Part shown: in pieces, positions 27,498 to 34,697 of the stretch
How positions within the stretch are numbered: position 1 is the stretch's first letter
How the letters are laid out: every line of letters begins with the position of its first letter
DNA from: a virus
Lineage: Duplodnaviria > Caudoviricetes
Virus record (IMG/VR): IMGVR_UViG_2863283106_000001
Location: 1 to 64,000 of that record
Reading direction: 5' to 3' (one strand)
DNA length: 64,000 nucleotides
Translations under genes and position numbers: made by a program
The notes under the pieces: generated by a model
What the model was told of the DNA's origin: nothing
What the model saw: only the letters and a program-made list of their open reading frames with translations
Databases searched by the model: none

Positions 27498-28037
27498 TCA
27501 GCGGCGGGCAGCGACGATGGCGGCCGCCCGGGACATGAAGAACGTTCCCTCGGCCCGGAGGTTGCCCGGGTAGACGGTGCCCACCTCGGCCTCGACGACC
27601 TGGTCCGCCTCCACCGACACGGTGACGGTGACCTTCTTCCCCGCGATGACGGGCTGGCCGGTGGTGATGTGCCGGGCGATGCCCTTCGGGTCCTTGTGCG
27701 TGGTGCAGCGACAGTTCTTGATGTTGGCGACCGCCCGCGAGCTCTCGTCCTTGGGCTGGAGCATGTAGGTGTGCTCACCGAGACCTCGGTGCTTCATGTC
27801 CCAGTCCATCGAGTTGATTTTGAAGCGAAGGTTCCCCGGGACCACTTGGCCCTGCGCGGCAACGTGGGTGGGGCGGACCCGGTTGTCGCCGACGGTCACC
27901 CACCGTTTGGTGGGCGGGGCCAGCCGCTTCGCCTCCACCTCCACCTGGACCGCGATGCGACGCACGGCGGGGGCGAGCATGCGGGCGAGCTGCTCCTCGA
28001 GACCCTGGGCCGGGGTGAACTTCGCGCCGGCCATCAC
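27498..28037 (-). CDS. Neck/tail-completion (HK97 gp10-like) protein with embedded MuF-like motif
   Basis: VEVEAKRLAP..EVGT..EGTFFMSRAA frame interrupted by KRWVTVGDNRVRPTH..NCRC. Confidence 0.7.
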   Translation of the reverse strand: MMAGAKFTPAQGLEEQLARMLAPAVRRIAVQVEVEAKRLAPPTKRWVTVGDNRVRPTHVAAQGQVVPGNLRFKINSMDWDMKHRGLGEHTYMLQPKDESSRAVANIKNCRCTTHKDPKGIARHITTGQPVIAGKKVTVTVSVEADQVVEAEVGTVYPGNLRAEGTFFMSRAAAIVAARR

Positions 28038-28366
28038 GGCACCTCCGGCGGGTTGAGGGTGGCGGCCGCCTGGACGTAGTCGGCATCAGAACAGCCGGGA
28101 ACGGCGTGCTTGCGGGCACTGGACAGGGTCCAGGACCGGCCGGTCTCGTCGGTGATGGTGTCGCCCGGCTCGACCGGCCACGCGCGGGGGTCGAGTCGTA
28201 CCGTCCATGTGCCGTCGGGCTGCTCAAGGACCGACCCGGGCCAGGTGCCGCGCGCGGCCGGCTTGACGTTCGGGTTCGGAGGGACGGGCACACCGTTGGC
28301 GTCGCGCTCCCATGGGTGGGCGAGCACATACACGGTGAGTACGGCGTTCGGCAGCACGACGGCCAT
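28034..28366 (-). CDS. Head-closure / head-tail adaptor-like protein
   Basis: 110 aa beta-rich, ERDANG, WPVEPGDTITDETGRSW; position after connector. Confidence 0.68.
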   Translation of the reverse strand: MAVVLPNAVLTVYVLAHPWERDANGVPVPPNPNVKPAARGTWPGSVLEQPDGTWTVRLDPRAWPVEPGDTITDETGRSWTLSSARKHAVPGCSDADYVQAAATLNPPEVP

Positions 28367-28386
28367 GGTGCGGGCGGCTCCCTTCG

Positions 28387-29247
28387 TCAGAAACGGCGGT
28401 AGCGGGTGGTGGAGTACGGCCACGGCGGGCGGGCCGGACGGTTCAGCGGCTGGAACAGGCGGCGCTTCCATCGCGAGAGGCTGCTGAGCTCGGGCAGTGA
28501 GCCGGCCTGGCCGGTGGTCGGCGCGGACTCGTAAGAGATCGACTGTCCTTCCGCGCTGACGGAGGACACGCGGCGGCCCTGGGCGCCGACTCCGCCGGGG
28601 CGCAGCCGTTCGGCTTCCGCAGCGTGCGTGGTCACGTACCGGACGACCGCGTCGTTCGCGGCGCCGTCGAAACCGACGAGGAAGTCGACGTCGTAGGTGC
28701 CGTCACCGCGGTCGCGGTAGGCGGACACCTGGACCAGGTCGTCGGCCTCGAACGGCCACGACTCGGCGTCCTCGAGCTCCTGGCGGCCACGCTGGTACGG
28801 CGTGAGGGCGGTGCGGGTGATGAGCTGGGGGATGACGGGCTGGCCGAGGTAGGCGACGACGTCGGCCTGTGCCTTACGGATGGCGGTGAGCAGGTCGTCG
28901 CGCTGCTCTGGAGTGAGGGGGAGCGGCATGCCGAGTTCGCCGGCAACCGCTTCCGGGGAGGTGACGAGACCCAGCCCGAGGGGGAGATCCAGTCGGAGGG
29001 ACTGGTCCTTGACGGGCTGGGACCCTTCGCTCGGGGTGAAGGCGACGGTGGCCCAGTAACGGCCGGGTGGCACGTCGGGCAGCGCGAACCGGTAGACGCC
29101 GGCACGCAGCCGGACGCCTGGCCCTGTTCCCGCCACGAGGGTGGTGCGGTCCGGGCCGTCGTAGAGGGACAGGCTGGTGACCTGTCCCCCGGCCGGTTCG
29201 GGGTCGTAGTGCGCCCCGCCGTACATGGGCCTGTAGTCGTACGTCAC
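28387..29247 (-). CDS. Head-tail connector-like protein with N-terminal extension
   Basis: LVTSPEAVA..AIRKAQADVVAYLG..VSSVSAEGQSISY pattern. Confidence 0.68.
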   Translation of the reverse strand: MTYDYRPMYGGAHYDPEPAGGQVTSLSLYDGPDRTTLVAGTGPGVRLRAGVYRFALPDVPPGRYWATVAFTPSEGSQPVKDQSLRLDLPLGLGLVTSPEAVAGELGMPLPLTPEQRDDLLTAIRKAQADVVAYLGQPVIPQLITRTALTPYQRGRQELEDAESWPFEADDLVQVSAYRDRGDGTYDVDFLVGFDGAANDAVVRYVTTHAAEAERLRPGGVGAQGRRVSSVSAEGQSISYESAPTTGQAGSLPELSSLSRWKRRLFQPLNRPARPPWPYSTTRYRRF

Positions 29248-29259
29248 CCCGGCCCCCCT

Positions 29260-29784
29260 TTACTGCTCGCCAGCCGCGTCGTCGGCCTGAACGGCGAGAC
29301 GCGCGGCCTGGGCCTCAAGCCGCTCCCGGATCCTGGCTGCGACGCCCTCGGAGACGTGGGCGCCCTTGGGCTGCAGAAGCCGGTGAACGGGGTTGCGGTG
29401 CGGTCCGAGGTAGGTCTTCTCGACCAGGCGCACGGTGCACACGAGGACCGATCCGTACTCGGTGAGCGGTACGAACACGCCCGCCACATCGGCCGGGGGC
29501 TCCTTGGTCGCGTCGTCGATGATGACCTCGGAGAGGTTCTCGTCGTCGGGGATGACCTCGGTCGGGGTGGCGTACACGGGTGCCTCGGGCGCGGCCGGAG
29601 GCTCCTGAACCGCCGGCGGCTCGAGCGGAGCGGCGTCGGGCGCCTTCGGAGAGCTGTCGGTGGCCGGGGCGGTCTCCTCGGCCGGTGGCGCGACGGGCTC
29701 GGCGGGGGTGGTCTCCTCCGCCGCCGCGGCGGTCTCGGCGGCCTTGGCCGCCGCGGTCTTACGGGTGCGGGTGGTGCCTGCCAT
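29260..29784 (-). CDS. Hypothetical Ala/Pro/Glu-rich virion-region protein
   Basis: RBS GAGGGAG; MAGTTRTRKTAAAK start; globular C-terminus. Confidence 0.68.
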   Translation of the reverse strand: MAGTTRTRKTAAAKAAETAAAAEETTPAEPVAPPAEETAPATDSSPKAPDAAPLEPPAVQEPPAAPEAPVYATPTEVIPDDENLSEVIIDDATKEPPADVAGVFVPLTEYGSVLVCTVRLVEKTYLGPHRNPVHRLLQPKGAHVSEGVAARIRERLEAQAARLAVQADDAAGEQ

Positions 29785-29823
29785 GAGTGGCTCCCTCTCG
29801 GGGTGGTGGTCCGGACGGCGCGC

Positions 29824-29854
29824 ACCCTGCACGCCGGGCGAGGCTTGTGTCGCG
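29824..29854 (-). promoter_or_regulatory. Late-promoter-like motif
   Basis: CGCGAC-ACAAG..(19 nt)-CAGGGT. Confidence 0.7.
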
Positions 29855-29891
29855 CCCTACCTCGAGGGGCGGGCCGCGGCGTAGGTTGGCC

Positions 29892-29929
29892 CAGGGCGGC
29901 CCCCGCGCCCGTGCGTAGGGGCCGCCCTG
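29892..29929 (-). terminator. Hairpin after IPT/TIG gene
   Basis: cagggcggcccc ... ggggccgccctg. Confidence 0.6.
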
Positions 29930-29938
29930 TCGCGCGGG

Positions 29939-30403
29939 TCAGGAGTAGGTGAACCCGCCCGTCTTGGTGACGTTGCCGGAGTCGGCCGCGACAACGACGT
30001 TGACAGCGCCGGCTGCACCGGCGGGCGTCTTGACGCGCAGCTCGGTGGCAGAGACGACCTTGAGTTCGGTGCCGGGCGTGGCGCCGAAGTTCACGGCGGT
30101 GACTCCGTCGAGCCGGGTGCCGGTGATGGTGACGGTGGTGCCGCCCGCGGCCGGGCCGGTGGCCGGGGTGATGGTCGAGACGGTCGCCGCGGGGGTGAAG
30201 AGGCGGTCGATCTCGGACTGGGGAACGACAGTCCCGGCCTGGTAGAGCAGGTGACGCCGGGAGCCTTCCGGGCGGCCGTCGCCGCGGCCGTACGGCTTGG
30301 TCTCGTACACGTCCTCGGTGACGCGCATGGGGGTGTCGCTGGCGGGGGTCGCGGGGAACGCGGACTGCTTGATGCGTGTCCCGTCTTCCTTGTAGAGGCC
30401 CAT
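29939..30403 (-). CDS. IPT/TIG-domain protein (possible capsid decoration)
   Basis: TVSTITPATGPAAGGTTVTITGTRL..GGFTYS, paralogous to the major tail C-terminus. Confidence 0.8.
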   Translation of the reverse strand: MGLYKEDGTRIKQSAFPATPASDTPMRVTEDVYETKPYGRGDGRPEGSRRHLLYQAGTVVPQSEIDRLFTPAATVSTITPATGPAAGGTTVTITGTRLDGVTAVNFGATPGTELKVVSATELRVKTPAGAAGAVNVVVAADSGNVTKTGGFTYS

Positions 30404-30434
30404 GGGTTTCCTTCCTGGGGTCGGTGGCCGGGGA

Positions 30435-30465
30435 AGGATGGGGCACGGCGGGTGCTTGGGTCGCG
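30435..30465 (-). promoter_or_regulatory. Late-promoter-like motif
   Basis: CGCGAC-CCAAG..(19 nt)-CATCCT. Confidence 0.65.
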
Positions 30466-30481
30466 CGTTACCGGGAGCGCG

Positions 30482-30516
30482 GGAGACTTGCCCAATTGGG
30501 CAAGAACGATCTTGGT
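30482..30516. repeat. 35-bp site A with 18-bp palindrome CTTGCCCAATTGGGCAAG
   Basis: Inverted copy (34/35 identical) at 37631-37665. Confidence 0.92.
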
Positions 30517-30517
30517 G

Positions 30518-30553
30518 CCGCGGCTCCGGGGGGTGGATCCCCCGGAGCCGCGG
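30518..30553 (-). terminator. Hairpin after the accessory operon
   Basis: ccgcggctccggggg ... cccccggagccgcgg, 15-bp stem. Confidence 0.75.
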
Positions 30554-30560
30554 GCGCTGG

Positions 30561-30794
30561 TCACTCCGTTTCCACTGACAGGTAGGTTTCGATCCACACG
30601 TGCGCCCCGCACGGAAGCGGCCTGTCCGGCCGGTAGATGACGCGCGCAACCTCGGCACCGTTGGCGTCCCGGATGATGGCCGTGTGGGCGTAGGCGTTGC
30701 TCTTGTACGTCTTGACGGTCAGGACGGGTTCGTTCTCGCCGTGCGTCCGGTTGCGTCGGATGACGTGCTGATTGACATGGATGATCGTCTTCAT
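30561..30794 (-). CDS. Small conserved phage protein
   Basis: MKTIIHVNQHVIRRN..EPVLTVK..YRPDRPLPCGAHVWIET; ATGA overlap with upstream gene. Confidence 0.78.
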   Translation of the reverse strand: MKTIIHVNQHVIRRNRTHGENEPVLTVKTYKSNAYAHTAIIRDANGAEVARVIYRPDRPLPCGAHVWIETYLSVETE

Positions 30795-31537
30795 GGGCGG
30801 CCGCTGCTGTACTGCTTGCCGGGGCCGCGACGCCGCGCGTCCTGGTCCCGCTGCAGCTCGCTGAACCGCTTGTCGCCCTGCCTCTTCTGCAGGTGCTTGA
30901 TGTTGTTCGCAGGGATGCCGATCTTCTGCGGGCCCAGCACGGACACCAGGCACCCCTCCGTCGCGGTCGCACGGGAGGTGTATCCGGCCTCCTCGAGGGA
31001 CCCCTCGTCGGGGAAGATGTCGACGTGCCTCTCGATGGTCACGTCGACGAGGTGGTCCTCGCGGCCCCCGAGGGAGTACACCCACTTGAAGTTGGCCGGC
31101 GGGTCCGGTTCGACAACCTCGCGGAACAGGCTGACGCTCTTGGTGTACGCGTAGAAGCGGACGCCCGGCGCGGCCCTCATCACACGCATCCACGCTTCGG
31201 TGTACTCCCGGGAGAAAAAGTCCCCCGCGTCATGGCAGCGCACCCACCGGTCTTGGTAGCGCTTGTGCTGGAGCTCGGCGGTCATCTGCGCTTCCCAGCC
31301 GGGCAGATCGTCGAGCACCATCATCAGGTTCGCCTCGTGGCGCGCCCTGACGCCCTTGAACCGGTAGGCGCCCTGCCTCGCGTAGCAGAGCTGTGCGCAG
31401 ATCCCGGCGGAGGGACAGGTGTTGTAGTTGCGGCCGTCGGGCAGGGTCCCGGCCCACGCCGGGATCGACCAGTTGTAGATGCCCTGCCGGCGCATGTCTG
31501 TGTTCTGGGTGAGTAGCCACCGTGGTTTCTCAGTCAT
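30791..31537 (-). CDS. GP88-like Cys-rich phage protein
   Basis: WSIPA..TCPSAGICAQLCYARQG, VRCHDAGDFFS, FYAYTKS, YSLGG. Confidence 0.78.
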   Translation of the reverse strand: MTEKPRWLLTQNTDMRRQGIYNWSIPAWAGTLPDGRNYNTCPSAGICAQLCYARQGAYRFKGVRARHEANLMMVLDDLPGWEAQMTAELQHKRYQDRWVRCHDAGDFFSREYTEAWMRVMRAAPGVRFYAYTKSVSLFREVVEPDPPANFKWVYSLGGREDHLVDVTIERHVDIFPDEGSLEEAGYTSRATATEGCLVSVLGPQKIGIPANNIKHLQKRQGDKRFSELQRDQDARRRGPGKQYSSGRP

Positions 31538-31543
31538 GGCCGG

Positions 31544-31574
31544 AAGGTGGGGTTCCGGGGTGGCTTGCGTCGCG
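31544..31574 (-). promoter_or_regulatory. Late-promoter-like motif, leaderless
   Basis: CGCGAC-GCAAG..(19 nt)-CACCTT, 6 nt before ATG. Confidence 0.7.
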
Positions 31575-31575
31575 T

Positions 31576-32823
31576 TCAGAGGATCCGCAGGTCGTCCCAG
31601 CCATCCGGGCCGACGCTGAACACCAGCAGTCCGGACGTTGATACCTCGCCGGAGCGCACGGCGTACCAGTCGCTCCCGTTGTCGAGCGTCGGGGCCTGGA
31701 TCCAGAGTCGACCGTTGCCCATCTGCTGGGCTCGGAAGTGATGGAAGTGCCCCGTGATCAGAACGTCGGCGTCCGCGACGGGCTGGCGGCCGAACGTCTG
31801 CCCTCTCCACCAGTCGCCGGCCTTGTCGGGGCGGGGGTACTGGTGACCGTGGGCCAGGCCGACGATGTGCCCGGCGATGTCCAGGCTCACGGTGTCCCGC
31901 CACCGTTCCGGCATCACGAACGAGACGTGCCCGTAGGCGTCCTGGTTGTGGGCGTAGGCGTCAGCAATCTGAGACATGACCTCGATGCCCCAGTCGTCGA
32001 CGGGCGGGCCCACAGCGTCCTTCCCACGGCGCACACGGCCGTGGTTGGAACCGCAGGTCGCCGCGACGACGCGCCCGAAGCGACCGGCGAGCCGGTCCAG
32101 GCCCTCGAACGTCACCCGGCGGTGCACGCGGATCATCTCCGTCAGGGTCAGGTCGTTGGTGAACGCCTGCTGCGTCGTGTTCTCGAACCCTTCCACACAG
32201 TCACCGGCGTCCATCCACCACGCCGCGGTCGGCGCGCGGCCCACGGCCTTGAGGTCACGAATGTGGTCGTCGAGCCGGTCGAATCGGTCGGCGATCCGGG
32301 CAATGAGCTCGGGGGTACCGCCGTCCCGGCCCACCTTCCCGGCCTGCGCATCGGCGTACACGACGACCAGGGCGCGCTCCGCAGTGTCGACGATGGGGCG
32401 TGCCTTGCGGCGGCGGCGCATCGCGTCCCGGACGAGGGCATCGACGTCGCCGGCGGACATCCACGCGGGCGCAGCAGGCTCGATGACGTACCGGCAGCGC
32501 CACACGGCCCGGGTGACGGCGTCCTCGCCCTCCCTGTCGCGGTGCCAGGCGGCCGGGTCGTGCTTGGCCTCCACTAGGCGGACACGGAACCCGTCGGGAA
32601 TGGACAGGCCCATCTCCTCGACCCGCTGGCGCAGTTCGTCGTCCCCGTTCGGTGGCTTCTCCGCGGGCGGGGCGGTGACGACCATGGTGCCGCCCGGCTC
32701 GTACCGCACACCCTCCTCCCAGCCGCGGGGTGCGGCCGGCTGCAGGCGCTGTGCCTGCGGGGGCTGGCTCTGGGAGTGGGTGGCAGGCTCGAGGAGCGCC
32801 TGCAGCTCGTGGTTCAGGGTCAT
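31576..32823 (-). CDS. Calcineurin-like metallophosphoesterase
   Basis: ADAQAGK, DAGDCVEG, GSNHG, LAHGHQ, ITGHFHH motifs. Confidence 0.85.
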   Translation of the reverse strand: MTLNHELQALLEPATHSQSQPPQAQRLQPAAPRGWEEGVRYEPGGTMVVTAPPAEKPPNGDDELRQRVEEMGLSIPDGFRVRLVEAKHDPAAWHRDREGEDAVTRAVWRCRYVIEPAAPAWMSAGDVDALVRDAMRRRRKARPIVDTAERALVVVYADAQAGKVGRDGGTPELIARIADRFDRLDDHIRDLKAVGRAPTAAWWMDAGDCVEGFENTTQQAFTNDLTLTEMIRVHRRVTFEGLDRLAGRFGRVVAATCGSNHGRVRRGKDAVGPPVDDWGIEVMSQIADAYAHNQDAYGHVSFVMPERWRDTVSLDIAGHIVGLAHGHQYPRPDKAGDWWRGQTFGRQPVADADVLITGHFHHFRAQQMGNGRLWIQAPTLDNGSDWYAVRSGEVSTSGLLVFSVGPDGWDDLRIL

Positions 32824-33095
32824 CGCTCGCACCGGCATCCGTTGGGCATGCCGCGCCGTCGGTGCCGGGCGACGGTGTAGGCCGTGATGGGGTCGCCGTA
32901 GCGGCTGAGCGTCTCAGCGATGGCCGTGGCCGTGACGCTGGGGGTGTCCAGCACCGTGCGGAGGGATGCGGCCACGTCGGGGTCCGCGGCTTCCAGGAGG
33001 GCGCCGACGCTGCAGCGGGGGCCCCGGTGGGTGGCGGGGGCGCCGGTGAGAGCGTCCAGCTCCTGGGCGAGGCCTACGGGTTGTTTCTCGATCAC
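32820..33095 (-). CDS. Small HTH/Zn-binding protein coupled to the phosphoesterase
   Basis: GPRCSVG..ATAIAETL..VARHRRR..GCRC; ATGA overlap. Confidence 0.7.
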   Translation of the reverse strand: MIEKQPVGLAQELDALTGAPATHRGPRCSVGALLEAADPDVAASLRTVLDTPSVTATAIAETLSRYGDPITAYTVARHRRRGMPNGCRCER

Positions 33096-33132
33096 CGAGC
33101 GTCCTCCGTCAGTTGTGAGGGTGGTACGTGGG

Positions 33133-33168
33133 AGGGGGCGCACCCGCGGGCCCGGGTGCACCCCCTCG
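33133..33168 (-). terminator. Hairpin after major capsid gene
   Basis: gagggggcgcacccg ... cgggtgcaccccctc. Confidence 0.65.
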
Positions 33169-33180
33169 CGCGGGCCGGGA

Positions 33181-34473
33181 TCAGCCGGTGGTCGGCGTGG
33201 TCCAGGTACCGATGACGAACGACTCCGGGCGGGGCACCTCCAGCGCGAGACGCTCGTCCGCGCGGAACGTGATCAAGCCCTGTTCGTAGTTCGTCCCGTT
33301 CTCCGAGGAGACGGTGACGGAGACGCTCTCTCGGTCGTGGAGCTGCGCGCCAAGACCGAACGCACCGATCAGGAAGTCGGTGTCGGACATCGCGGTCGTT
33401 TCGACGACGTTCAACCGCCAGACCTTCTTCTCGGCGCCGATGGCGACGGCGATGGCGACGCGGAAGGCGCCGTTCTTGTCCTCCTCGACCTCGACGTGCT
33501 CCCACATCGTCGGGGACAGGACGATGCCGGTGGGGTCGTACTCGGCGAGCAGGGCCTTGGTGATGGCGCGCCGGATCTGGACGCTGTACTGGTCGGTGGC
33601 CAGACCGGTGTACTGCTGAACCCCCGGCGTGTTGTAGATGCCGGTGATCGACTGGCCGTCGCCGACGGAGTGGAGGAGGTCCCAGTCCTCGGCGTACTTC
33701 ACGCCTTCGACCATGCGCGAATTCACGAAAGTCTTGAGCCGAGGCTCGTCCGACAGGATGTTCTTGTGGGCGTCGAGCAGGTGCGCAACCTCGGCGACCG
33801 GGTACATCACGGGCGTCAGCGTGAGCTTGGACCGCGGGGCCCGGCCCCAGGTGTCGGTCTCGGCGCCGGTCGCTGGCGACGTGCCGTCGGCGGCGTACCG
33901 CTCCTTGACCTGGCGGGCGTTGTTCGTCCAGCCGGTCTCTCGCGCGCCGTACAGGACGGCGTTCTTGGTGGTGGACTTCGGGAACAGGTCCCGGATGTGG
34001 AACTTCCGGAACGGCCGCTCGGCGATGCCCAGGTTCTGGGCGGAGCCGAGGACCTGGTGGGTCACCGTGCCGGCGGACAGGGAGAAGATGGACTTCCCCT
34101 CGATGTCGGCGCGGATGTACGGCTTGTCACGGAACCCGGCCTGCATGGCGTGCTTGTAGGAGTCGGACTCGACGAACAGGTCACCGAGCGACTTCTCCTC
34201 CATGCCGGGGCGCTGGCCGTAGTGGCTGGCCGCGGCCGGCGGCGCCTCCGGGGCGTCGAGGTACTGCTTGACCTCGGTCAGGTTCTGCTCGGCGTCGATG
34301 AGGGCCTTGATCTCCGCGGCTTCGCCGGAGACCTTGCGGAAGGCCTTGGCCTGCTCGCTGGAGACGACGAACTGTCCGCCGTCCTCGACCTTGAACGTCT
34401 GGCTGATGCGCTCGGCTTCGGCGGACTTCGCCTGGAGTGCCTTCTGCAGCTCCTGGATACGGCTGGTGGGCAT
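33181..34473 (-). CDS. Major capsid protein, HK97 family
   Basis: N-terminal coiled-coil delta region; HIRDLFP, AEVAHLL, EDWDLLHSVGDGQSITGI, IVLSPTMW, LITFRADERLALEVPRPESFV. Confidence 0.95.
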   Translation of the reverse strand: MPTSRIQELQKALQAKSAEAERISQTFKVEDGGQFVVSSEQAKAFRKVSGEAAEIKALIDAEQNLTEVKQYLDAPEAPPAAASHYGQRPGMEEKSLGDLFVESDSYKHAMQAGFRDKPYIRADIEGKSIFSLSAGTVTHQVLGSAQNLGIAERPFRKFHIRDLFPKSTTKNAVLYGARETGWTNNARQVKERYAADGTSPATGAETDTWGRAPRSKLTLTPVMYPVAEVAHLLDAHKNILSDEPRLKTFVNSRMVEGVKYAEDWDLLHSVGDGQSITGIYNTPGVQQYTGLATDQYSVQIRRAITKALLAEYDPTGIVLSPTMWEHVEVEEDKNGAFRVAIAVAIGAEKKVWRLNVVETTAMSDTDFLIGAFGLGAQLHDRESVSVTVSSENGTNYEQGLITFRADERLALEVPRPESFVIGTWTTPTTG

Positions 34474-34556
34474 TGGGGTGCTCTCCCTGATGCTGGGGTG
34501 CGGTTGACGTGCGTCGCTCGCCCGGCCAGCACCGGGACGCCTCAACGCGAGGCGGT

Positions 34557-34587
34557 ATGGAAGAGGGAGAGGGGTGTTAACGTCGCG
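34557..34587 (-). promoter_or_regulatory. Late-promoter-like motif upstream of capsid gene
   Basis: CGCGAC-GTTAAC upstream half is exact; downstream hexamer is degenerate. Confidence 0.55.
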
Positions 34588-34697
34588 CGCTGCCCGCTCG
34601 GGTAGTCAAGAGCGGGCAGCGCATGGAGTTTGACCTGCTGTTTTGTTGTCGGCGGCAGGGAAGGGTCGCCGGAATCGGGTGGGTTCTGGGGTGCAAC

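Noticed and set aside
30487-30504. Palindrome as canonical chromosomal parS
   Set aside because: Does not match the GTTTCACGTGAAAC consensus; retained only as an unassigned site
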